64,000 bases of DNA from Armatimonadota bacterium (GCA_031400935.1 JANNQV010000027.1:124001-188000), one strand, 5' to 3'; counted from the first letter of the stretch, positions 26,732 to 35,833 are shown. Notes: a model not told the origin generated them from the letters alone. Numbers and translations: made by a program.

Positions 26732-29283
26732 TCGAGCTTCGCGGCGTCTCGAAGCATTATGAAGGGACGCTCGCTCTCAGCGAGATTGATTTAGAGATTC
26801 GGGCAGGCGAAGTTCACGCGATTTGTGGCGAAAACGGGGCAGGCAAATCTACGCTGAATCGAATCCTCGCAGGATCGGTGGTGCCTGATTCAGGCGTAGT
26901 TCTTCTTAATAGCAGACCGCTGAAATTCGGGTCGGTACGAGACTCAGAAGCTGGCGGAATTTCGATGGTTCACCAGGAATCTGCGGCATTTCTGCACCTG
27001 AATGCGGTCGAAAATCACGAGATCATGCGTGAGCCATCCAAGGCGGGCGGTCTTTGGCTTGACCGCTATGAAATGCGAAATCGGAGCGAACAATCCTTAA
27101 AGTCCGTCGAAGAAGAATTCGATGTTGATCGGCCGCTTCTAGATCGAAGCGTCGCGCAAAGGCAAATGGTTGCGATCGCTCGTGCGCTTTCAAGCAATTG
27201 CCGGCTCTTGATCCTAGATGAGCCTACCGCCTCGCTTTCAAAGAAAGAATCAGATTCCTTGTTTTCCGCAATTCGCTCGGTGCGGGAAAGAGGCGTGGCA
27301 GTCCTCTATGTAACGCACCGGCTCGATGAAGTTTTCTTGCTTTCGGACAGGGTCACGATACTTCGGGATGCCAAGAAAATTGCAACGCTTAGAACGAAAG
27401 ATACAAGCCGCGAGGAATTGATAAAGCTGATGGTTGGGAGGGAAATACATAGTCCTCTTCGCCATTCAAAACCTCTCGGCGACGTTAGCTTGGAATTGCG
27501 TGAGCTATCGAAGAATGGCTCTTTTGAAAACATCAGCTTCAATGTTCGTTGGGGCGAAATTGTGGCGCTCACAGGCCTAGTAGGGGCTGGACGGTCAGAA
27601 GTTGCAAGAGCCATATTTGGGCTAGAAAAGCCTGATTCCGGACAAATTATTGGCAACAACAGGAATGGAAGTGAAGTGATCCCGGAGGGTTCAAAGCCGA
27701 ATAGCCTGGGGTCGAACTTGAGAGACCCCAGGTTCGACGTTCTAAGAGATTCCGCGCCCCGGAGGGGTGCCAGCATTGAGAAACGGCACCCTTCATCCGT
27801 TTCCGCAAGGATTGCCCTCGTTCCAGAAGACCGACAGCACCAAGGGCTTCATCATCAGCTCAGCGTCCGTGAAAACATTGCCATGGCTATTCAGAAGCCG
27901 CCAATCAAACAAAGGAAACTTGAAAGACTCGAATCCGAGAGGCAGATAGGGAATTTGTCGGTCAAGACAGAATCAGATTTGAACCTAGTTTCCTCGCTTT
28001 CAGGCGGAAACCAGCAAAAAGTGCTTCTCGCCAAATGGCTGGCAACCGATCCGGACGTTCTCATTCTCGATGAACCGACTAGAGGAGTGGATGTCGGAGC
28101 GAAAGAGCAAATTCATGAGCTGATTCATGAATTTGCCGAACAAGGTGGGGCGGTTCTTGTAATTTCATCGGATATGCCCGAAGTTCTCACTTTGGCAGAC
28201 CGAATTTTAGTGATGCGCCAAGGGAAAGTATCTGGAGAGATTTCAGGGGCAGACGCTACTCAGGAAGCCATTCTTGAACTTGCATTGCCCGTTGAAACTG
28301 ACTCCCAAGAAAAGTCGGACAAGAAAACTCGAAACTGGATTTCGCAAGAAACGGTTGTCGCCGCTTTGATCTTGCTCGTCGGAACCATTGCCGCTCTCGT
28401 CAATCCATCGTTTTTGTCTTGGACAAACATTTCGGACATTCTTGTCAAAATTGCGCCTGTTTTGATCGTTGGCACAATGATGACGCTCGTCATTCTCGCC
28501 CGCGAAATTGACATTTCAGTGGGATCACTGATGGGGCTTTGCGCCGTTGTCCTTGGAATTGCATGCTCTTCTGACCGAATGGGGCTGCCCATTGCAGTTG
28601 GGATATCCATGTGCCTTGGAGTTGGTTTGGTCGGCGGAGTTGTGAACGGCTTGCTCGTTTCAAAGGCAAAAATCCCTTCGATCATTGTCACATTGGGGAT
28701 GCTTACGATTCTGCGCGGCGTGACGGAACTACTCATGGGCGGAAAATGGATTGAAAACATGCCCAATGGCCTTCGCCAATTCGGCACGGGGGCTTTCCTA
28801 AATTTGCCCTATTCCATTTGGGTCGCATTGGCGACTGTTTTTGCAGGAGTCTGGATTACGAAACGCACAAAATTTGGACTTCGTGCTTTTGCTATCGGTA
28901 GCAACCCTGAAGCCGCTGTGATGCGCGGCATTCCCTCAACTCGAATTCGCACTGGCGTCTTTGCTTTAACTGGGATAGCCTGCGGAATCTCCGCGCTCTT
29001 CGGAGCAACGCAACTCCAAGTGATCGAATCTGGGTTCGGCTCAGGTTTTGAGCTGGTAGTTATTGCTTCAGTGATTGTTGGCGGCACCTCGATTCGTGGC
29101 GGGCAAGGTTCGATTCTAGGAACGGTGCTGGGAGCCATGTTGCTCGGTATGATTTCAACGGTTCTCATTTTCCTAAAATTAGGAGAATCAGCAACGTATT
29201 GGGAAAGGGCGATCCAGGGCGGGCTAATTCTTTTCGCCGTTTTGGGAGATCATTTTTGGCGGCAGAGGAAGCAATCCGCATGA
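26728..29283 (+). CDS. Sugar ABC importer: double-NBD ATPase fused to a permease (RbsA-RbsC-like)
   Basis: GENGAGKST, LDEPTA, VPEDR, LSGGNQQK, DEPTRGVDVGAK, then IDISVG and GGTSIRGG permease motifs in one frame. Confidence 0.9.
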   Translation: MIELRGVSKHYEGTLALSEIDLEIRAGEVHAICGENGAGKSTLNRILAGSVVPDSGVVLLNSRPLKFGSVRDSEAGGISMVHQESAAFLHLNAVENHEIMREPSKAGGLWLDRYEMRNRSEQSLKSVEEEFDVDRPLLDRSVAQRQMVAIARALSSNCRLLILDEPTASLSKKESDSLFSAIRSVRERGVAVLYVTHRLDEVFLLSDRVTILRDAKKIATLRTKDTSREELIKLMVGREIHSPLRHSKPLGDVSLELRELSKNGSFENISFNVRWGEIVALTGLVGAGRSEVARAIFGLEKPDSGQIIGNNRNGSEVIPEGSKPNSLGSNLRDPRFDVLRDSAPRRGASIEKRHPSSVSARIALVPEDRQHQGLHHQLSVRENIAMAIQKPPIKQRKLERLESERQIGNLSVKTESDLNLVSSLSGGNQQKVLLAKWLATDPDVLILDEPTRGVDVGAKEQIHELIHEFAEQGGAVLVISSDMPEVLTLADRILVMRQGKVSGEISGADATQEAILELALPVETDSQEKSDKKTRNWISQETVVAALILLVGTIAALVNPSFLSWTNISDILVKIAPVLIVGTMMTLVILAREIDISVGSLMGLCAVVLGIACSSDRMGLPIAVGISMCLGVGLVGGVVNGLLVSKAKIPSIIVTLGMLTILRGVTELLMGGKWIENMPNGLRQFGTGAFLNLPYSIWVALATVFAGVWITKRTKFGLRAFAIGSNPEAAVMRGIPSTRIRTGVFALTGIACGISALFGATQLQVIESGFGSGFELVVIASVIVGGTSIRGGQGSILGTVLGAMLLGMISTVLIFLKLGESATYWERAIQGGLILFAVLGDHFWRQRKQSA
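27681..27794. repeat. Palindromic REP-like element embedded in-frame in the ATPase gene
   Basis: CCCGGAGGG at 27681 and 27758; stem CCTGGGGTC (27705-13) / GACCCCAGG (27724-32); stem GGGTGCC / GGCACCC. Confidence 0.65.
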
Positions 29284-30215
29284 AGTGGTCTCGCGAGGCA
29301 ACTCTTGCTTTGGCTATCGCATTGTTGCTCGGATTCGCCTATTTTGTCGAGCCGAAATTTGTAACGTTTCGCGCACAATCTTTGCTCGCCGGACATTCCT
29401 GGGAGCTGGCAATAGTAGCTGTTCCCATGCTTCTCATTATCATGACAGCAGGGATTGACCTGTCCGTTGGAGCCATAGTTGCCCTGAGCGCAGTCGCAAT
29501 GGGACTATTGTTTGAGCGGGGAACGAATATATTTTTGTGTTCGATTTGCGGAATTGCGGTCGGAATTTTAGCTGGTGCGATCAACGGACTATTTATTTCT
29601 CGAACTCTAGTTCATCCCCTTTTGGTGACATTGGCAACCATGTCCGTCTTTCGCGGGCTTGCCGAAGGAACCAGCCTTGCGAGGCCGCTTTCGGGATATC
29701 CAGAGGCGTTCTTGGCACTTTCGACCGGCCCAATGCCTGTTTTGGTTTTTGCATGTCTGGCTTTTGGCTCCTACTTTGTCTTGACTAGAATGCGATTTGG
29801 CAGATGGATCGTCGCGATAGGCTTGGAAGAAAATGTGAGCCGATACTCCAAAATCCCTGTGGACCGCGTGAAGCTTTGGCTTTTTTCGTTTTCTGGCCTT
29901 GCTTGCGGAATCGCCGCAATTCTCCTAGTCGCTCGAAACAATACGGCCAAAGCTGACCTCGGAATGGGAATGGAGTTAGAAGCCATTACTGCCGTGGTTC
30001 TGGGCGGAGCCAGCATCCATGGAGGCAAGGGGCGTGTTCTCGGCCTGTTACTGGGGCTTGTCTTGATTCACGAGACCCGCGAATTTGTAAGCTGGCATTG
30101 GAAGCAAAGCGAGCTGAATTTGATCGTCATTGGATCGCTCTTGATCGCGACTGTAGTTTTTGACCAACTCATAGTGATCCGCCGAAAACCCGTTTTAGCG
30201 CAAAATGAAAGTTGA
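29280..30215 (+). CDS. Sugar ABC transporter permease
   Basis: GIDLSVG, ELEAITAVVLGGASIHGGKG; ATGA overlap at 29280. Confidence 0.92.
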   Translation: MKWSREATLALAIALLLGFAYFVEPKFVTFRAQSLLAGHSWELAIVAVPMLLIIMTAGIDLSVGAIVALSAVAMGLLFERGTNIFLCSICGIAVGILAGAINGLFISRTLVHPLLVTLATMSVFRGLAEGTSLARPLSGYPEAFLALSTGPMPVLVFACLAFGSYFVLTRMRFGRWIVAIGLEENVSRYSKIPVDRVKLWLFSFSGLACGIAAILLVARNNTAKADLGMGMELEAITAVVLGGASIHGGKGRVLGLLLGLVLIHETREFVSWHWKQSELNLIVIGSLLIATVVFDQLIVIRRKPVLAQNES

Positions 30216-31245
30216 TATGAAGTCGTTATCTCTTTTCACATTAGCGTTGTCTCTGTTTGTGGTTGGATGTTCTTCAAATGGAGGCGAATCTGCAACCTCG
30301 GGGAATGGCCAAGCCAGTGGCTCAGGAAAGAAAATCACAATTGCTCTTCTTCCGAAGAAAAAGGGCGTTCCATATTTCACTAGCTGTTCCGAAGGCGCAA
30401 TCGAAGCGGCTAAGGAACTTGGCAACGTGGAACTGATTTACGATGGACCAACAAGCGGCGATGCCGCTGATGCCGTAAAGCTGATTGACCAATGGATCGC
30501 GCAAGGCGTGGATGTAATCGCAGTCTCCCCAAACGACCCAGCCGTCTTGGGTCCAGCGATGAAAAGGGCGAGGGATACTGGAATCAAGGTCATCACTTGG
30601 GACGCCGATGCCGACCCTGCAAACCGCGAATATTTGGTGAATCAGGCCACGCCAGAAGAAATTGCAAACGCACTCGTGGATACGATGGCTAAAGACCTGG
30701 GCGGAGATAATGCGACGGGGGAGGTCGCGATTGTGACCGCTACGCTGACCGCTGCGAACCAAAATGAATGGATCAAATTCATGAAAGTCCGGCTCACAAA
30801 ATATCCTGGACTTAACCTCGTCGCGACTCAGCCATCAAACGAAGACCAAAAATTGGCATTTTCAACGACTCAGGACTTGATGAAAGCGTATCCAAACCTG
30901 AAAGGCGTGTTTGCAATCAGCTCGGTCGCATTTCCAGGCGCCGCGGAAGCCATCAAGCAAGCTGGGAAGTCGGGTTCAGTACTCGTAACAGGACTTTCCA
31001 CCCCCAACGACATGCGGACCTATGTAAATGATGGCGTTGTGAAATCTGTGATTCTTTGGAACACCAAAGACCTTGGCTATCTGACCGTTTTCACCGCGAG
31101 GGCATTAGTTGATGGCGACCTGAAATCCGGTTCAACAATGCTGAAGGCGGGGCGTTTGGGCGAGAAAAAAGTTGTCGGAGACAATGTGATGCTCGGCGGC
31201 ACGATTACTTTCACGAAAGAGAATATCGGTCAGTTTGATTTCTAG
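30205..31245 (+). CDS. Sugar ABC substrate-binding lipoprotein (RhaS/LsrB-like); start may be 30217
   Basis: Lipobox VVGC; LPK..GVPYF, VITWDAD, TAANQNEWI, LWNTKDLGYL. Confidence 0.88.
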   Translation: MKVDMKSLSLFTLALSLFVVGCSSNGGESATSGNGQASGSGKKITIALLPKKKGVPYFTSCSEGAIEAAKELGNVELIYDGPTSGDAADAVKLIDQWIAQGVDVIAVSPNDPAVLGPAMKRARDTGIKVITWDADADPANREYLVNQATPEEIANALVDTMAKDLGGDNATGEVAIVTATLTAANQNEWIKFMKVRLTKYPGLNLVATQPSNEDQKLAFSTTQDLMKAYPNLKGVFAISSVAFPGAAEAIKQAGKSGSVLVTGLSTPNDMRTYVNDGVVKSVILWNTKDLGYLTVFTARALVDGDLKSGSTMLKAGRLGEKKVVGDNVMLGGTITFTKENIGQFDF

Positions 31246-31357
31246 CCTGAGAACTTGGTGGCAAAAGGAGGCCGATCAGTTGGCCAGATAGGCACTTTCC
31301 GATTCAGACCGACTACTTGAATTTCTTGTGCCGTGTGCACGGCACATCGTATGAAAA

Positions 31358-31385
31358 TTGGCAAGGCTCGATTGAGCCTTGCCAA
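31358..31385 (-). terminator. Intrinsic terminator downstream of the S8 protease
   Basis: TTGGCAAGGCTC-N4-GAGCCTTGCCAA followed by TTTT on the minus strand. Confidence 0.7.
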
Positions 31386-31394
31386 AGAGTTCAA

Positions 31395-32876
31395 CTATTC
31401 GCCATAGATTGTCTTGCTGGAAAGGTCTACCGCGCTGTTGCTGGTTCCCCAAATCACGCGGTCTGCCCAAACTGAAGTTCCCCAAATGACGCGACTGGAG
31501 TCAAGAACGTCCAGGCTGGTTCCCCAGATAACTCTCGTTCCCCAGACGACGCGAAGATCGTTCACACCTTCGGTTCCCCAGATCACTCGATTTCCGTTGA
31601 TGTCAGTTCCCCATATAACGCGCAATGGATCCACAATCACGTTGCCGTTCGCATTCTGAATCAGGCTAGGGCTGAGAACCGGCATCGTGGGGACGGCAGT
31701 GCATCCTAACGCTGCTGGAATGTTGATGTATCCCGCTCCATACGTGCAAGGATCTGAATCGCCGTTAGGATCGAGCAACTTGTCCGCTGAGATCATCAAA
31801 CGTGCCTTAACCGTGTCTGGGGTTAATGTCGGGCTCTTCTGAAGCATCAGTGCGACAGCTCCGGATACTACAGGCGCCGCCATCGAAGTGCCAGACAATC
31901 TGAAGTACTCCTTAGAGCGATTCGCTCCTTGAATACCGTTTATATAGAATGATTTCAGAATGCGGTTAGTACCATAGTTTGTTGACAGGTAACTACCATC
32001 AGCGTCCACTGAAACGATCTTATTGCCTGGCGCGACAATGTCGGGCTTCAAAACGAAATCTAATCGAGAAGGCCCACGGCTAGAGTAGGTAGCGATAAGG
32101 TCGTTTGTGCGACCCGCTTCCGTCTTCTTCATAGCGCCGACAGTAATTACGAAAGGAGAATTTCCTGGAGATTGAATAGAGCCGTAAGCAGTACCCCATC
32201 CGTCATTGGGGTCGCCTTCCGTCTGAATTTCATTCGAGCGGCCGTTGTTGCCCGCCGCGCAAACGACTACGATTCCAGCCTCCCAAGCGGCCTTAACTGC
32301 TAAGCAGAGAGGGTCAGTCATGTGCCCTTCTCCAACCGGATGGCCGAGCGATAGGTTCATGACACGAATTTTGTATCTGTCCTTATTGGCGATCGCCCAT
32401 TGGATGCCGGAAATGACTTGGCTGACCGTACCTTTCCCTTGGGAATCCAGAACTCTAACATTCACAAATTGGACTTGTCGCGCAATTCCGTAAAATGTAC
32501 GAGAGTAATCCTCGCCAGTCGAGTCAAAGCCGCTACCGCCGATGATCCCTGCAATATGTGTTCCGTGGCCGCACTTATCTTCGGCGTTTGTGTTGTCCGT
32601 AGTGAAGTCCTTCGTGAAGATTATGCGGGAGGAGCCCGTCGTTATGTCTTTAAGATCATTCATCTGATGAATGCCAGAATCTAAGACAGCTACCGTGACA
32701 CCCTTTCCCGTAAGTCCGAACTGGCTGAAGGCAAGGTCGGCTCCGGTATGTTGAACGGTGAATTCATCGGCATATGCCGGGAGACTGACGCCTGCGAGCA
32801 TTCCTAGCAGGCTTGCTTGGGTCGCGATTGCTCCCAACGTACTCCTAATGCGATAGTTCTTAGTATTCGTTTTCAT
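31395..32876 (-). CDS. Secreted S8 subtilase (AprX-like) without a prodomain, with C-terminal RV(I/V)WGT repeats; alternative start 32894
   Basis: Triad VLDSG / HGTHIAG / GTSMAAP, oxyanion AAGN; signal peptide ending PAYA followed directly by DEFTV...GLTGKGVTV. Confidence 0.92.
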   Translation of the reverse strand: MKTNTKNYRIRSTLGAIATQASLLGMLAGVSLPAYADEFTVQHTGADLAFSQFGLTGKGVTVAVLDSGIHQMNDLKDITTGSSRIIFTKDFTTDNTNAEDKCGHGTHIAGIIGGSGFDSTGEDYSRTFYGIARQVQFVNVRVLDSQGKGTVSQVISGIQWAIANKDRYKIRVMNLSLGHPVGEGHMTDPLCLAVKAAWEAGIVVVCAAGNNGRSNEIQTEGDPNDGWGTAYGSIQSPGNSPFVITVGAMKKTEAGRTNDLIATYSSRGPSRLDFVLKPDIVAPGNKIVSVDADGSYLSTNYGTNRILKSFYINGIQGANRSKEYFRLSGTSMAAPVVSGAVALMLQKSPTLTPDTVKARLMISADKLLDPNGDSDPCTYGAGYINIPAALGCTAVPTMPVLSPSLIQNANGNVIVDPLRVIWGTDINGNRVIWGTEGVNDLRVVWGTRVIWGTSLDVLDSSRVIWGTSVWADRVIWGTSNSAVDLSSKTIYGE

Positions 32877-32909
32877 GTTCTTAACCCTTTTCATTCAGAT
32901 CAGAAGAAC

Positions 32910-32998
32910 TTCGGTAACTAGGCTGCCATTCGCCTGTCGCGGCGAGAAGGCCCTTTAGCTTTGCGTCCTGCCCTTTCGGATCAGTTTGCCAGTTCGGA
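32910..32998 (-). ncRNA. Cyclic di-GMP-I (GEMM) riboswitch
   Basis: Minus strand GGCAAACTGATCC-GAAA-GGGCAGGACGCAAAGCTAAAGGGCCT...ATGGCAGCCTAGTTACCGAA matches the GEMM consensus. Confidence 0.92.
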
Positions 32999-33125
32999 TA
33001 CTTCGTGTTTTCGTAGTAGATTTTCTGATTCGCTAATGAAATGCTCTAGCATCCTTTTCTAGTGCAGTACCACTCTCGATTGCTGGCCGTGCCGGCCAGG
33101 TGCCCTAATTATTCGGTTTCTCCGT

Positions 33126-33536
33126 CTATTTGATCATGCCGTCCAGCGACACCCTTTGCACAAAGGAAAGTGCCACCACCTTTGGCAGATTCCGATTCGG
33201 GATTCGGGCAGCTACAGACCGGATAATTGGCAAGCGGCGGTAGATGTCGCAGCCTAGTGCATTGAGCTTGTGGTCTCTATCCGGCGTCAACTTGTCCAGC
33301 TTCAAAATCACCGATGTCCAACCAGACTTTGGAAGCGAAGATAGCTTTTGCGCGATTGGAGAATCGCACTTGCTTGTTATCCCATTGGAATTCGCATTAG
33401 TGCCAAGGTTCACTAGAACTACCGCTGCCAGCAGATAACGAGCAAAGGAATTCCCTGACTTCGAACTTGCCCTTACGTCAGAAAGCTTTACCGCGAGGCG
33501 GTTCCGGTTTTCATGTCCTTCGTTGCAATTCAACAT
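33126..33536 (-). CDS. Stand-alone subtilase prodomain (inhibitor I9-like) with a signal-like segment
   Basis: Hydrophobic YLLAAVVLVNL; then SVILK...LNALGCDIYRRLPIIRSVAARIP.RNL.KVVALSFVQRVSLD. Confidence 0.75.
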   Translation of the reverse strand: MLNCNEGHENRNRLAVKLSDVRASSKSGNSFARYLLAAVVLVNLGTNANSNGITSKCDSPIAQKLSSLPKSGWTSVILKLDKLTPDRDHKLNALGCDIYRRLPIIRSVAARIPNRNLPKVVALSFVQRVSLDGMIK

Positions 33537-33872
33537 CTATTCCACTTCTCAATGAACGAACATGCCACAGAACGGTCTGCAGAGTTCGCTATGAACAGTT
33601 CATGCCATGGCCTTCGGATGGAAACCACTACAAAGAGTGCTAGTTATTGCAAAGGGTGAATTCTGGCAGTGGCGTTGGCTCTGACTTCGTGGTGCGGACC
33701 GATGTTGGAAATAGTGTTAGCTAGTAAGTTCTAAACATATAACAGTCCTTTATAGGAATGTAAAGGCGAAATTATGGCAATAACAATACTAGTTAGATAT
33801 GTTGCACGTAATATGCCTTAAAAGATACGTTATAGACAATTTTATGCCATAATGATCCTGTAGAGGAACTTT

Positions 33873-34220
33873 ATGAGAATTATCGCCAAGCTGTCTGACT
33901 CAGCAATACTCCAAGAGATCGGAGTGCGAATGGCAGCAATCCGGCTTCAAAGGAACATGACGCAAAAGGAACTGTCAGAGCGATCTGGAGTCTCGATACA
34001 AAGCGTAAAGCGGCTCGAATCAGGCGAGGTCGCCACTCGACTTTCCATATTCATTGCCATCTGCCGAACCCTCGAGATATTGGACCGATTTGAAGTATTG
34101 TTGCCTACTCCAACGCCGCGCCCTATTGATCTCTTCAAGTTGCAAGGCAAAGTACGGCAGAGAGCGCGAAAAAGTAAGTCCGAGAAGTCAGCTCCTTGGG
34201 AATGGAGCGAAGGCCAATGA
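33873..34220 (+). CDS. XRE-family HTH antitoxin (HipB-like)
   Basis: RLQRNMTQKELSERSGVSIQSVKRLESG; RBS GAGGA; ATGA overlap with the HipA gene. Confidence 0.88.
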   Translation: MRIIAKLSDSAILQEIGVRMAAIRLQRNMTQKELSERSGVSIQSVKRLESGEVATRLSIFIAICRTLEILDRFEVLLPTPTPRPIDLFKLQGKVRQRARKSKSEKSAPWEWSEGQ

Positions 34221-35512
34221 TCGCAGAAGTCATTCTTTGGGGCAAGAGGATCGCAGTTGTCAGCCAGGACGAAAATCAGAGCTTTGCGACGTTTCAATAT
34301 GAGCCGGGTTTTTCAAAGAGCGGAATCCAAGTTTCCCCGCTTATGATGCCGCTTCGAGACGATCCCTACGAGTTCCCAGCTTTGCCTTTTCAAACCTTTC
34401 ATGGGCTGCCAGGCCTGCTCGCCGATTCGCTTCCAGATCGGTTCGGCAACGCATTGATTGACGCATGGCTAGCACGTGAAGGAAGGCCGCCGGAGTCTTT
34501 CTCGATTCTCGAAAAGTTATGCTACATCGGCGAACGAGGCATGGGCGCCCTCGAATTCAAACCTGTCACAGGGCCAAAGCTTAACAAGACAAGTTCGCTT
34601 CAGATCAGTCACTTGGTAGACCTCGCCAATCAAGTGCTGGATGAGCGGTCTGGTTTTATCGCAAATTTTTCGCCATGTTCAAAAACAAACAGCATCGCCG
34701 ATATTTTGCGAGTGGGCACTTCAGCCGGCGGAGCAAGAGCAAAAGCTGTTATCGCATGGAATCCAAAGACCAACGAAGTTCGGTCGGGGCAAGTTAAAAC
34801 AGAATCTGAATTTGAATACTGGCTCCTCAAGTTCGATGGAATCCGAGATAACCAGGATAAAGAACTCGCAGACCCGAAAGGTTTTGGAGCCATCGAATAT
34901 GCATACAGCCTCATGGCAAAAGAGGTCGGAATACAAATGACGGATTGCCGACTGTTTGAAGAAAATGGCCGACGGCACTTTACAGCCAAGCGATTTGATC
35001 GCCTCGCCGAAGGAGGAAAGCTGCACATGCAGTCGCTATGCGGCATTGCTCATTACGATTTTAATCAAGCTGGCGCATATTCATACGAGCAAGCCATGAT
35101 GGCGATGCGAACCCTCAAATTAAACAAGTCGGAAGTCGAGGAGCAGTTTCGAAGGGCAGCGTTCAACATCGTTGCGCGAAATCAGGACGATCATGTCAAA
35201 AACATTGCATTCTTAATGGACCGCAATGGTGGATGGACTCTATCCCCAGCATACGACTTGACTTACAGTTACAATCCCGAAGGAGATTGGACATCTGCCC
35301 ATCAAATGACCCTGAACGGCAAGAGGGACAACTTTCTACGGGAAGACATCATGGCTTGTGCGAAGGCGGGCGGGATCAACCGCCAAGATGCCGTAAGAAT
35401 CTTTGAACGGGTCTTGCAAGTAGTTTCTCAGTGGAACACCTTTGCAGCCGAAGCGAAAGTCTCAGATTCCACGGCCGCGAAGATTGGACGCACTCACCGC
35501 TTGACGATTTAG
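34217..35512 (+). CDS. hipA: HipA-family kinase toxin
   Basis: DSLPDRFG, GTSAGGARAKA, WLLKFD, KRFDR, NQDDHVKN, LSPAYD. Confidence 0.92.
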   Translation: MIAEVILWGKRIAVVSQDENQSFATFQYEPGFSKSGIQVSPLMMPLRDDPYEFPALPFQTFHGLPGLLADSLPDRFGNALIDAWLAREGRPPESFSILEKLCYIGERGMGALEFKPVTGPKLNKTSSLQISHLVDLANQVLDERSGFIANFSPCSKTNSIADILRVGTSAGGARAKAVIAWNPKTNEVRSGQVKTESEFEYWLLKFDGIRDNQDKELADPKGFGAIEYAYSLMAKEVGIQMTDCRLFEENGRRHFTAKRFDRLAEGGKLHMQSLCGIAHYDFNQAGAYSYEQAMMAMRTLKLNKSEVEEQFRRAAFNIVARNQDDHVKNIAFLMDRNGGWTLSPAYDLTYSYNPEGDWTSAHQMTLNGKRDNFLREDIMACAKAGGINRQDAVRIFERVLQVVSQWNTFAAEAKVSDSTAAKIGRTHRLTI

Positions 35513-35565
35513 CGTGAATCGCCATCGTTTTCGATCAGAAGCCGTGCCTTCACTAAATTGAAAGC

Positions 35566-35580
35566 AAATTTGGTGGAGAT
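35566..35580. repeat. 15-bp direct repeat of the tRNA-Ala 3' end (att-like)
   Basis: AAATTTGGTGGAGAT is identical to 42028-42042; a TTCGAAC T-loop-like remnant follows. Confidence 0.6.
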
Positions 35581-35738
35581 TACTGGACGCAATTCGAACT
35601 CCAAGCGTCCTGGAACCACTGACTCGATCGGCAGCAGCGTCAGGATCATAGGGCTTCAGTGCTATAACCTCGTGAATCTACTTGGTTAAAGTCTTTGGAG
35701 CCCTTCCTTTCCGCTGGACAGGGTATTATCGCTGAGTC

Positions 35739-35816
35739 TTGGTTTTCGTACACGCATCACAACATCATCACCACGTAGCGTTATTGCTGCGGTGCTGTTG
35801 CGCATTGAAAATCTAG
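35739..35816 (+). CDS. hisL: his operon leader peptide (M)VFVHASQHHHHVALLLRCCCALKI
   Basis: TTG start, CAC..CAT CAT CAC CAC His codons, TAG at 35814; TATTAT -10-like box at 35724-35729. Confidence 0.75.
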   Translation: MVFVHASQHHHHVALLLRCCCALKI

Positions 35817-35833
35817 TAAAACTCAGAATTAAT

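Noticed and set aside
31420..31625. GTTCCCCA(A/G)AT repeats resembling a CRISPR array
   Set aside because: Short, irregularly spaced, and explained by RVIWGT codons of the protease on the minus strand; no cas genes
32910..32998. cGAMP-sensing (GEMM-Ib) variant
   Set aside because: The specificity position is G, not A
33000..33125. Self-splicing intron rejoining prodomain and protease
   Set aside because: No group I/II intron features seen; the intervening DNA is explained by a riboswitch and a signal-peptide-coding start
33545..33610. Two TGGCATG...GTTCAT motifs upstream of the prodomain ORF as sigma-54 promoters
   Set aside because: The -12 GC is missing and spacing differs between the two copies
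33620..33645. CIRCE-like half-site GAGTGCTA
   Set aside because: No matching TTAGCACTC left arm at 9-nt spacing and no chaperone gene
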